DNA of 32,000 nt from the NCBI GenBank assembly GCA_963675915.1, contig OY780959.1, positions 2,490,001 through 2,522,000 on the forward strand, given 5' to 3'. The position numbers and the translations under genes are program-made. Of this stretch, positions 9,129 through 17,144 are shown one piece after another. Source of the stretch: Coprobacillaceae bacterium (lineage in GTDB: Bacteria; Bacillota_I; Bacilli_A; Erysipelotrichales; Coprobacillaceae). The notes under the pieces were generated by a model. That model saw only the letters and a list, made by a program, of their open reading frames with translations, did not search any database and was not told where the DNA came from. Within the stretch, counting starts at the first letter, position 1, and each line of letters begins with the position of its first letter.

Positions 9129-10319
9129 ATGTCAAGATTTACATTACCTCGTGATTTATATCATGGAGCAGGTTCGTTGGATACCTTGAAAAGTCTAACT
9201 GGTAAAAAAGCAATCGTAGTTGTTGGTGGGGGATCGATGAAAAGATTCGGTTTCTTGGATAAAGTTGAAAAATATCTTACCGAAGCTGGAATGGAAGTTC
9301 AATTATTTGAAGGAGTTGAACCTGATCCATCAGTGGAAACTGTAAAACGCGGGGCCAAAGCGATGTTGGAATTCGAACCAGACTGGATCGTATCAATCGG
9401 CGGTGGTTCTCCAATTGATGCAGCCAAAGCAATGTGGGCTTTATATGAATATCCTGAAGTTACATTTGAAGATCTGATTACACCATTCAGCTTCCCTACT
9501 TTAAGAACAAAAGCGAAATTCTGTGCGATCCCATCAACTTCAGGGACAGCAACTGAAGTAACAGCATTCTCAGTAATCACTGATTATGAAAAAGGAATCA
9601 AATATCCATTGGCTGATTTCAATATCACACCGGATGTGGCTATTGTTGATCCGGAAATCGCTCAAACAATGCCGCCAAAACTGACTGCATTCACTGGTAT
9701 GGATGCAATGACTCATGCTATTGAAGCCTATGTTGGGACAATCCATAATAACTATACAGACCCACTGGCAATGGCAGCTATTGAAATGGTAGACAAATAT
9801 CTGGTTGCTTCATACAATGGAGACAAGACTGCAAGAAGTCAAATGCATGATGCCCAATGTCTGGCAGGAATGGCTTTCTCTAACGCTTTGTTGGGAATCG
9901 TCCATTCAATGGCTCATAAAACCGGAGCGGCTTACAGCGGCGGACATATCGTTCATGGATGTGCCAATGCAATGTATTTGCCAAAAGTAATCAAATTCAA
10001 TGCTCAAAATGAAGAAGCGGCTATCCGTTATGCAACAATCGCTACTCGTCTGGGATTGAAAGGTGAAACTACAGAAAAATTAGTTGATGCCCTGATCGCT
10101 CATATCAAAGATTTGAATGCCCAACTTGGTATTCCAGCTTGTATTAAAGATTATGAAGGTGGAATTATCGATGAAAAAGAATACATGGATAAATTGAGTG
10201 AAGTTGCTGCATTGGCAATCAGCGATGCATGTACCGGAACAAATCCTCGTATCCCAACTCAAGAAGAGATGGAAAAATTGTTGAAAGCATGTTATTACGA
10301 TTTGGAAATTGACTTTTAA
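9129..10319 (+). CDS. Iron-containing (group III) alcohol dehydrogenase
   Basis: GGGSPIDAAKAM nucleotide-binding motif and metal-binding His clusters (MDAMTHAIEAY, HSMAHKTG, HGCANA). AAGGAGGAG RBS. Codon usage looks strongly biased. Confidence 0.9.
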   Translation: MSRFTLPRDLYHGAGSLDTLKSLTGKKAIVVVGGGSMKRFGFLDKVEKYLTEAGMEVQLFEGVEPDPSVETVKRGAKAMLEFEPDWIVSIGGGSPIDAAKAMWALYEYPEVTFEDLITPFSFPTLRTKAKFCAIPSTSGTATEVTAFSVITDYEKGIKYPLADFNITPDVAIVDPEIAQTMPPKLTAFTGMDAMTHAIEAYVGTIHNNYTDPLAMAAIEMVDKYLVASYNGDKTARSQMHDAQCLAGMAFSNALLGIVHSMAHKTGAAYSGGHIVHGCANAMYLPKVIKFNAQNEEAAIRYATIATRLGLKGETTEKLVDALIAHIKDLNAQLGIPACIKDYEGGIIDEKEYMDKLSEVAALAISDACTGTNPRIPTQEEMEKLLKACYYDLEIDF

Positions 10320-10325
10320 TTAACC

Positions 10326-10351
10326 AACCAGGATAATATCCTGGTTTTTTT
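10326..10351 (+). terminator. Rho-independent terminator after the alcohol dehydrogenase gene
   Basis: Stem AACCAGGAT/ATCCTGGTT (9 bp), loop AAT, then a T tract. Confidence 0.8.
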
Positions 10352-10405
10352 GCGCATCCACAAATGAATGCGGCAAATGTTATCGATTAAAAAATTGCTT
10401 GTTTT

Positions 10406-10434
10406 TTTACCAAGGGATAAATATATGTTATAAT
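10406..10434 (+). promoter_or_regulatory. Sigma-A-type promoter: TTTACC, 17-nt spacer, TGtTATAAT
   Basis: -35-like TTTACC (10406-10411), 17-nt spacer, extended -10 TGTTATAAT (10426-10434). It lies 20 nt upstream of the ATG at 10455. Confidence 0.55.
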
Positions 10435-10454
10435 GAAGTCAAGAAGGTGATATT

Positions 10455-10694
10455 ATGACTGATTTTGATTTGATCCCGGATGAGGAGTTTGAGGATTATC
10501 GAATTATTTCTACTTATTTTACTGACTTCATTTCGTTTTGCCGGAGCCAAGAAGTGAATATCGTGGTGAAACTTTTTTATTTGAAATGCCTTGAGGATGA
10601 TATTGATATTTTGATCGATGATATCATGGTTGAACCGATTCAGGATTTTTTGCTTCGGATCGCCGATGAATCGCATAAACATTATTTAAATTAA
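10455..10694 (+). CDS. Small, strongly acidic hypothetical protein (79 aa)
   Basis: ATG preceded by GAAGGTGA and by its own promoter. About 19 Asp/Glu versus 6 Arg/Lys by my count. I recognise no family. An antisense ORF (10428..10682) lacks comparable signals. Confidence 0.5.
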   Translation: MTDFDLIPDEEFEDYRIISTYFTDFISFCRSQEVNIVVKLFYLKCLEDDIDILIDDIMVEPIQDFLLRIADESHKHYLN

Positions 10695-10757
10695 TATTGT
10701 CTAACCCCAATAATTAAGGTATTATGGATTTGACCAATAATAGAAAGAGGTAGTGAC

Positions 10758-11477
10758 TTGGAAAGATTACAAAAATATATTGCCAATAGTGGATATACAT
10801 CTAGACGTAAAGCTGAGGATTTGATTGTTCAAGGCCGCGTTAGTGTGAATGGTGAAATTGTCACTACACTAGGAACTAAAGTAAAATCGGGAGATACTGT
10901 TTTAGTTGATGGAAAGCCACTAGAAGGTGAAAATAAGGTTTATTATGTTTTTTACAAACCCAAAGGGGTTATCTGTTCATTGAAAGATGAATTCGACCGT
11001 CCTTTGGTAATTGATTATTTTACAGATGTTAAAGAAAGAATTTATCCGGTTGGTCGTCTTGATTACGATACGACTGGGGTGTTGCTGATGAGTAACGATG
11101 GTGAGTTCACCAATATGATTACCCATCCCCGTTCGCACTTGGAAAAAGTGTACGAGGTTAGTGTCAAAGGTTTGTTGCGTGGAGAAACAATCCGCAATCT
11201 GGAAAAAGGGGTATATCTCGAAGGAGTTAAGACCCTGCCTTGTAAAATCAAGATTACCGGTAAAGATATGGAACACAAGACAACGATGCTCCAAATCAAA
11301 TTGCATGAAGGGAAAAACCGTCAGGTCAAAAAAATGTTCGAAAGCGTCGGGCATCCGGTCAAACGACTGCATCGGATCAAAGTGGGATGTGTTGATTTGA
11401 AGTACATGACTCCAGGAACGTACCGCATGCTTAAACCACAAGAAGTCAAAGATCTGAAAAAACTGGTCAATCGCTAA
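10758..11477 (+). CDS. rluB: 23S rRNA pseudouridine synthase, RsuA/RluB family
   Basis: MERLQKYIANSGYTSRRKAEDLIVQGRVSVNG (S4 domain) and the catalytic-region motif PVGRLDYDTTGVLLMSNDG. TTG start lies 7 nt after AAGAGG. Confidence 0.88.
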   Translation: MERLQKYIANSGYTSRRKAEDLIVQGRVSVNGEIVTTLGTKVKSGDTVLVDGKPLEGENKVYYVFYKPKGVICSLKDEFDRPLVIDYFTDVKERIYPVGRLDYDTTGVLLMSNDGEFTNMITHPRSHLEKVYEVSVKGLLRGETIRNLEKGVYLEGVKTLPCKIKITGKDMEHKTTMLQIKLHEGKNRQVKKMFESVGHPVKRLHRIKVGCVDLKYMTPGTYRMLKPQEVKDLKKLVNR

Positions 11478-11506
11478 GAGATGCGATCGGTTTTTAGGTA
11501 AAACTA

Positions 11507-11534
11507 TTGACAAAAACAGATAAAAGTATATCAT
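11507..11534 (+). promoter_or_regulatory. Sigma-A-type promoter for the thrS leader (TTGACA, 16-nt spacer, TATCAT)
   Basis: Consensus -35 TTGACA (11507-11512) and -10-like TATCAT (11529-11534), just upstream of the T-box leader. Confidence 0.55.
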
Positions 11535-11555
11535 ATAGAAATATAAGCGATAATT

Positions 11556-11756
11556 CAGGATATGTTGAACAGGCAAGTTGGGCTAGAGAAAAGATGGTTG
11601 GTGAAAATCTTTGCAACACTTGTTCGGTACTCCCTGTTAGCTGCCGGAAAAAAACCGGCCGTTTCGACTGCGTTAAGGTTTAGAGGCAACATGATGTTGC
11701 GAATAAAGGTGGTACCACGAGTCTTCGTCCTTTGACGGAGGCTCTTTTTATTTTAT
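11556..11756 (+). ncRNA. T-box riboswitch leader controlling thrS
   Basis: Stem I elements are AGAGA (11585-11589), distal-loop GGTGAAA (11599-11605) and helix AAAGAT/ATCTTT. A Stem III-like hairpin lies at 11686-11700. The T-box sequence AATAAAGGTGGTACCACGAG lies at 11702-11721. An 11-bp terminator helix (11719-11729 with 11734-11744, two G-U pairs) is followed by a T5 tract, and thrS starts at 11770. Confidence 0.9.
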
Positions 11757-11769
11757 AGGAGGAAATACG

Positions 11770-13671
11770 ATGAAAATTACTTTTTTAGATGGCAGCGTAA
11801 AGGAATTCGAATCAGGAATTACTGGAATCGAAATCGCCAAAGGAATTTCCAAATCGTTGGCTAAAAAATGTGTGGCAGTTCAATTGGATGAAGAAATCGT
11901 TGAATTGTCAAGACCGATTGAAAAAGACTGCAAATTGCGCCTGATCACTCAGGATGATGCTGAAGCGATTGATGTATTGAACCATTCGACAGCTCATATC
12001 ATGGCAGAAGCGATCACTAACTTATACCCGGGGGCAAAATTCGGGGTTGGACCTAATATCGAAACCGGATTCTATTATGATGTGGAAACTGATCCCTTGA
12101 TCACTGAAGCTGATTTGCCACGGATTGAAAAAGAAATGAAGCGAATTGTTGCCCGGGGTGACAAGATTGTCCGCAGTGAAGTATCGAAGGCTGATGCTCT
12201 GGAAATGTTCAAAGCCGATCCGTACAAAACTGAGCTGATTGAAAATCTTGAGGATGGAACAATTACGCTATACACTCAAGGAAGCTTCACTGATTTGTGC
12301 CGTGGACCTCACGTTATGGCTACCGGTGTAGTCAAACATTTCAAATTGATGTCCCTGGCGGGAGCTTACTGGCGTGGTGACAGCAATAATCCAATGCTTC
12401 AAAGAATTTACGGGGTGAGTTTTTTCTCGAAAGAAGACCTTGACAACCACCTGAAATTCCTTGAAGAAGCGGCTAAACGTGACCATCGAAAACTGGGAAA
12501 AGACCTCGACTTGTTCTTCATGTCTGAATATGGTCCGGGATTCCCTTTCTTCCTGCCAAAAGGAATGGTGGTTCGCAACGAATTGGAAAACTTATGGCGC
12601 GAAGAACATGAGAAAGCCGGTTATCAAGAAATCAAAACTCCGATCATGTTGAACAAGGAACTGTGGGAGACTTCAGGTCACTGGTATAACTATCGTGAAA
12701 ATATGTATACATCGCAAATTGATGAAAATGAATTCGCAATCAAACCGATGAACTGTCCAGGCTCAATTCTTGTTTACAAAAATGCCCTGCATTCATATAA
12801 GGAATTGCCGCTTAGAGTGGGTGAGTTAGGATTGGTTCACCGTCATGAATTCTCGGGAGCTCTTCATGGTCTGTTCCGGGTTCGCGCATTCACTCAAGAT
12901 GATGCTCATATCTTCATGCATCCTGGTCAAATCAAAGATGAAGTAAGTGGAGTAATCGATCTGATCGACCATTTCTACAAAGATATCTTCGGTTTCGAAT
13001 ATCACATCGAACTGTCGACCAAACCGGAAGAAAAAGCAATTGGTTCTGATGAAATTTGGGAAACTGCTGAAAATGCCCTTAGAGATGTTCTGGAATCGCG
13101 AGGAATCGACTATGTCCTCAATCCGGGAGATGGAGCTTTCTACGGTCCTAAACTGGACTTCAAAATCCGTGATGCGATCGGTCGTACTTGGCAATGTGGA
13201 ACAATTCAGTTGGACTTCAACTTGCCGGAACGTTTCGATATGACATATATTGGCGAAGATGGGGAAAAACATCGCCCGGTAATGGTTCACCGTGTTGTTT
13301 ACGGTTCAATCGAACGTTTTATCGGAATTTTGATCGAGCATTACGCTGGAAAATTCCCTGCTTGGCTGGCACCGGTTCAAGTCAAAGTCTTAGGTGTCAA
13401 TAACCAATACCATGGTGAATATGCCAAAGAAGTATTCGGGAAACTTAAAGATCAGGGAATCAGAGTTGAAATCGACGAACGTGAAGAAAAACTCGGTAAA
13501 AAAATCCGTGATGCCCAAATGCAAAAAGTTCCGTTTACTTTGGTTCTTGGGGATACCGAACGTGATGAAAAATCAGTTACTTATCGCCGCCATGGTCAAC
13601 AGGAACAAATTACTGTTTCATTTGACGAATTTGTCGCCCTCATTAATGATGAAGTGGCAAACTTAAAATAA
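11770..13671 (+). CDS. thrS: Threonine--tRNA ligase
   Basis: N-terminal TGS domain (MKITFLDGSVKEFE), editing-domain HSTAHIMAEA, and class II core motifs (FRVRAFTQDDAHIF, GAFYGPKLD). 633 aa. AGGAGG RBS. Confidence 0.95.
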   Translation: MKITFLDGSVKEFESGITGIEIAKGISKSLAKKCVAVQLDEEIVELSRPIEKDCKLRLITQDDAEAIDVLNHSTAHIMAEAITNLYPGAKFGVGPNIETGFYYDVETDPLITEADLPRIEKEMKRIVARGDKIVRSEVSKADALEMFKADPYKTELIENLEDGTITLYTQGSFTDLCRGPHVMATGVVKHFKLMSLAGAYWRGDSNNPMLQRIYGVSFFSKEDLDNHLKFLEEAAKRDHRKLGKDLDLFFMSEYGPGFPFFLPKGMVVRNELENLWREEHEKAGYQEIKTPIMLNKELWETSGHWYNYRENMYTSQIDENEFAIKPMNCPGSILVYKNALHSYKELPLRVGELGLVHRHEFSGALHGLFRVRAFTQDDAHIFMHPGQIKDEVSGVIDLIDHFYKDIFGFEYHIELSTKPEEKAIGSDEIWETAENALRDVLESRGIDYVLNPGDGAFYGPKLDFKIRDAIGRTWQCGTIQLDFNLPERFDMTYIGEDGEKHRPVMVHRVVYGSIERFIGILIEHYAGKFPAWLAPVQVKVLGVNNQYHGEYAKEVFGKLKDQGIRVEIDEREEKLGKKIRDAQMQKVPFTLVLGDTERDEKSVTYRRHGQQEQITVSFDEFVALINDEVANLK

Positions 13672-13687
13672 CATACATGGTCAAAGA

Positions 13688-13728
13688 AGTGACCGAGCCC
13701 CATTACAGATGGTGCCCGGTCACTTTTT
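13688..13728 (+). terminator. Rho-independent terminator after thrS
   Basis: Stem AGTGACCG/CGGTCACT (13688-13695 and 13717-13724), extended by two further G-C pairs, then T5. Confidence 0.7.
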
Positions 13729-13787
13729 CAAAAAATCAATCCAAATTTGCCATATAGAAAAATTGGATAAGAATAATATGAAATATA

Positions 13788-13796
13788 TGTTATAAT
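13788..13796 (+). promoter_or_regulatory. Extended -10 promoter element (TGtTATAAT) for the radical SAM-thyA operon
   Basis: TGTTATAAT sits inside an 18-nt string identical to the one at 10419-10436. No good -35 at 17-nt spacing. Confidence 0.5.
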
Positions 13797-13828
13797 GATA
13801 AGAGGTAAAATCGATTGAATGTTGATTC

Positions 13829-14716
13829 TTGAGGCTTAAAAATGGTAAAAGAAATCCCCTGCAAAAAGTGTGTTATCCGGTAAAACCGACTGATTATTGG
13901 TTCAAGGCCGATTACAATATGAATATTTACAAAGGCTGCAATCATGGCTGCATTTATTGTGACAGTCGCAGCCTTTGTTACCAGATTGAAAACTTCGACG
14001 AAGTCAAAATCAAGGAAGGGGTAGTTGAAAAGCTTTCACTGGAGTTGACTGCGAAGCGAAGAAAAGGAATAATTTCCTTAGGAGCGATGTCGGACTGCTA
14101 CAACTTGTGTGAACGTGAACTTGAGGCAACCCGAAGAGTTCTCAAAGTTATCAGAGATACCCGTTTTGGCGTTGTACTCTACACTAAAAGCGACCTGGTA
14201 GTCAGGGATATCGACATTCTGAAAGCAATCCCCAACGCTCTGGTGGTTTTTACAGTCACTTGCGGTGATGATGAGCTTTCGAGAATCATCGAGCCCGGAG
14301 CTCCGGTTTCTTCCAGGCGTTTTCAAGCGATGAAGAAACTGGCGGATGCGGGTATCAAGACGGGTGTGGCGATGGTTCCTTTGCTGCCCCATATCAATGA
14401 TACAATTGCTAACGTTGATAGCATAATTGACAAAACCGGAAGTTCAGGAGGGCTTTTTATTTATCCTTCCTTTGGCCTGACGTGTCGTGATGGCCAACGC
14501 GAGTACTTTTATTGGCACCTGGACCGGCATTTTCCGGGATTGCGTCAGACGTATCAAAATGAATTCAATACCAAATACAATTGTAGCAGCAAAAATGCGG
14601 CACAGTTGGGAAAATATTTCACCCGTAAATGTGGTGAAGCGGGAATCGTATCTTCGATGGCACAAATCAATCGGATGTACTATCCCCAAGACAATGAACA
14701 ATTATCATTATTCTAG
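13829..14716 (+). CDS. Radical SAM protein, SPL (spore-photoproduct-lyase-like, COG1533) family; 5' end possibly frameshifted
   Basis: [12 protein letters not shown] is the CxxxCxxC radical SAM cluster motif. The first in-frame start is TTG 13829, which has no properly spaced RBS. A well-placed ATG (13842) with GAGG is in another frame (see findings). Confidence 0.75.
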   Translation: MRLKNGKRNPLQKVCYPVKPTDYWFKADYNMNIYKGCNHGCIYCDSRSLCYQIENFDEVKIKEGVVEKLSLELTAKRRKGIISLGAMSDCYNLCERELEATRRVLKVIRDTRFGVVLYTKSDLVVRDIDILKAIPNALVVFTVTCGDDELSRIIEPGAPVSSRRFQAMKKLADAGIKTGVAMVPLLPHINDTIANVDSIIDKTGSSGGLFIYPSFGLTCRDGQREYFYWHLDRHFPGLRQTYQNEFNTKYNCSSKNAAQLGKYFTRKCGEAGIVSSMAQINRMYYPQDNEQLSLF

Positions 14717-14724
14717 GAGGATTT

Positions 14725-15603
14725 ATGAAACAATATTTAGACTTAGCGAGATATGTTCTCGAAAATGGCGAAGACCGACTGGACAGAACCAATACCGGGA
14801 CCCGTTCGGTTTTCGGATATCAGACCCGTTATAATCTCACCGAAGGATTCCCTTTGCTGACAACCAAAAAAATGTATCTGCGCCCGGTCGCTGAAGAATT
14901 GCTTTGGTTCATCAAAGGCGATACCAACATCAAATATCTGGTTGACCGCAATGTCAGAATCTGGAATGAATGGCCGTACGATGACTATAAAAAGCATCCG
15001 GATTTCCAAGGTGAAACTTTGGCTGAATTCATCGAGAAGATCAAGAATGATGATGATTTTGCCAAAAAGCACGGAAATCTCGGTCCGGTATACGGAGCGC
15101 AATGGCGAAACTTCAACAATGAAGGAATCGACCAGCTTTCGCGTTTGATTGACTCCTTGAAAAACAATCCATTTTCAAGAAGGCACATCATCTCGGCTTG
15201 GAATCCGGCTCAGGTTGATGAAATGAAACTGCCGCCATGTCACTCATTTTTGCAGTTCTATGTAAGTGCGAATGGCAAGTATCTGTCATGTCAGCTGTAC
15301 CAGCGTTCAGCAGATATTTTTTTAGGAGTCCCATTCAACATCGCCTCATATGCTTTGTTTACCGCGATGATCGCCCAAGTGACCGGACTGATCCCCAAAG
15401 AGTTCATCCACACTATTGGAGATGCTCATATTTATTCAAACCACTTCGACGTGATTGAAACCCAATTAAGCCGTGAACCAATGGAACTGTGCCAGTTGGA
15501 GTTGAATCCCGAAGTGAAATCAATCTTCGATTTCAAAATTGAGGACATTAAAATTACAGGATACAAATCGCATGGAAAACTTAGCGGGGAGGTGGCTGTC
15601 TAA
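14725..15603 (+). CDS. thyA: Thymidylate synthase (ThyA type)
   Basis: [31 protein letters not shown] and the catalytic-Cys motif [12 protein letters not shown], plus [17 protein letters not shown]. Confidence 0.95.
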   Translation: MKQYLDLARYVLENGEDRLDRTNTGTRSVFGYQTRYNLTEGFPLLTTKKMYLRPVAEELLWFIKGDTNIKYLVDRNVRIWNEWPYDDYKKHPDFQGETLAEFIEKIKNDDDFAKKHGNLGPVYGAQWRNFNNEGIDQLSRLIDSLKNNPFSRRHIISAWNPAQVDEMKLPPCHSFLQFYVSANGKYLSCQLYQRSADIFLGVPFNIASYALFTAMIAQVTGLIPKEFIHTIGDAHIYSNHFDVIETQLSREPMELCQLELNPEVKSIFDFKIEDIKITGYKSHGKLSGEVAV

Positions 15604-16076
15604 TGATATCTTTAGTTGTAGCAATGGATAAAAACAATCTTATTGGGGCTCGTGAGGGACATTACGGAATGCCTTGGCACGTAAAAGAGGATTTGCGCCA
15701 CTTCCAGAAAACCACTACCGGCCATGCCATTCTGGTTGGTTCGACCACGTTTGCGGCGATGGGGCGACCGTTGCCTAATCGGATTAATTATGTTCTGACT
15801 TCCCGGGATATCCAAATCGAGGGAGCCATCGTGGTCCATGACCTTGAGGGCTTGTTGGAAAAATATCATGGCAGTGACGAAATCCTGTATATCTGCGGCG
15901 GAGCGGTTGTCTTCAAACAGACGATTGATCATTGTGACGAACTGCTGATTTCCCGGATACCTGGTGACTTCGAGGGAGATACCTATTTCCCGGAAATCGA
16001 CATGAATAAATTCAGATTGGCTCAAACAATTCAATATGAGACATTTACTTTAGAGAAATACGAGAGGATAATATGA
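15603..16076 (+). CDS. folA: Dihydrofolate reductase
   Basis: [39 protein letters not shown] and YICGGAVVFKQ. The start overlaps the thyA stop (TAATG). Confidence 0.9.
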   Translation: MISLVVAMDKNNLIGAREGHYGMPWHVKEDLRHFQKTTTGHAILVGSTTFAAMGRPLPNRINYVLTSRDIQIEGAIVVHDLEGLLEKYHGSDEILYICGGAVVFKQTIDHCDELLISRIPGDFEGDTYFPEIDMNKFRLAQTIQYETFTLEKYERII

Positions 16077-16798
16077 AAAGAATAGCGTTGATACTGATTC
16101 GTTGTATCTTGGTTTTGCCATATTGGATACTTCGAGTTAACTATTATAATAAAAACAAGGACAAATACAGCCTTCAAAAACGATATAACTTTGTTTTGAA
16201 GATCAATCAGGGAATCCTGGATTCCGGGCGGATTGAAATTGTAGGTTTTGGCCAAGAAAACCTGCCTGAAAAGCAAGGTTATCTCCTTGCCCCTAACCAT
16301 CAAGGGTTCTGTGATCCGTTGGCGGTTTTCAAGACTCATCCCACTGTTTACAAGGCGGTAGTTAAAAAGGAACTGTTAAAAGCGCCTTTGATTGGTAGAA
16401 TCATCAAAATGGTTGACTATATGCCAATCGACCGCAGTGATGCCAGAAGTTCGGTCAAAACGATCAAGGATGTGGCGCGCGAACTGAAATCGGGAATCAA
16501 TTATTTGGTTTTCCCGGAAGGTACCCGCAGCCGCAATGGCAACACCCCTAACGAATTCAAATGGGGTACTTTCAAAATGGCGACATCGGCCAAAGCATCG
16601 ATTGTTCCGGTTGCCATTATCGATAGCTTCAAGGTTTTTGAATCCAACGATATCAAAAAGGAAAAAGTTTATATCAAATACTTGCAACCGATAACTTACG
16701 AAGAATACCAAGACATGAAAACCAATGAATTGGCATTGCTGGTCGAAACCAGAGTTCGTGAGGGCATGAAAGAACTGTTGGATATCAAAAATGGCTAG
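16073..16798 (+). CDS. plsC: 1-acyl-sn-glycerol-3-phosphate acyltransferase
   Basis: Acyltransferase motifs NHQGFCDP (HX4D) and FPEGTRS, with an N-terminal membrane anchor. ATGA overlap with folA. Confidence 0.85.
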   Translation: MKRIALILIRCILVLPYWILRVNYYNKNKDKYSLQKRYNFVLKINQGILDSGRIEIVGFGQENLPEKQGYLLAPNHQGFCDPLAVFKTHPTVYKAVVKKELLKAPLIGRIIKMVDYMPIDRSDARSSVKTIKDVARELKSGINYLVFPEGTRSRNGNTPNEFKWGTFKMATSAKASIVPVAIIDSFKVFESNDIKKEKVYIKYLQPITYEEYQDMKTNELALLVETRVREGMKELLDIKNG

Positions 16799-17144
16799 AC
16801 CGGTAATTAAAAAGACAATTGAAAAATTGCCTGATTTCACAGATTTCAAAACCTGTCGTAATCCAAATAATGATGAAGTCATTGCAATGACTGTTGAGGA
16901 ATACGAGTGTATGCGATTGATTGACTATGAAGGTCTTAATCAGCAGGAGTGTGCAGTAATTCTTGGTGTCGGGAGAACAACCGTACAACGTCTGTATGAT
17001 CAAGCGCGAAAAAAAATCGCCCGCTTCATGGTAGAAGGGGCGCGACTCTCGGTCGAAGGGGGCAACTATGAAGTTGACCAGCACTGTCGCAGGAAATGCA
17101 ATAGGGGCCGACGAATGAGGATGGGTCCTAATAAGAATCAATGA
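16791..17144 (+). CDS. DUF134 (UPF0251) family putative DNA-binding protein
   Basis: MTVEEYECMRLIDYEGLNQQECAVILGVGRTTVQRLYDQARKKIA is a sigma-region-4-like HTH typical of DUF134, followed by VEGGNYEV. 8-nt overlap with plsC. Confidence 0.75.
   Translation: MARPVIKKTIEKLPDFTDFKTCRNPNNDEVIAMTVEEYECMRLIDYEGLNQQECAVILGVGRTTVQRLYDQARKKIARFMVEGARLSVEGGNYEVDQHCRRKCNRGRRMRMGPNKNQ

Noticed and set aside
9129-10319. Fe-ADH (and glnK-amtB) as horizontally acquired islands, based on lower GC and different codon usage
   Set aside because: The codon set used is the one associated with high expression in low-GC Gram-positives. No flanking repeats, integrase or tRNA target are present. I kept it as a low-interest finding about expression bias, not as an island call.
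10977-11576. 199-aa minus-strand ORF opposite rluB that extends into the thrS promoter region
   Set aside because: It is antisense to a gene with clear RluB motifs. The ORF would have to start inside the T-box leader and promoter, and its sequence has no family resemblance.
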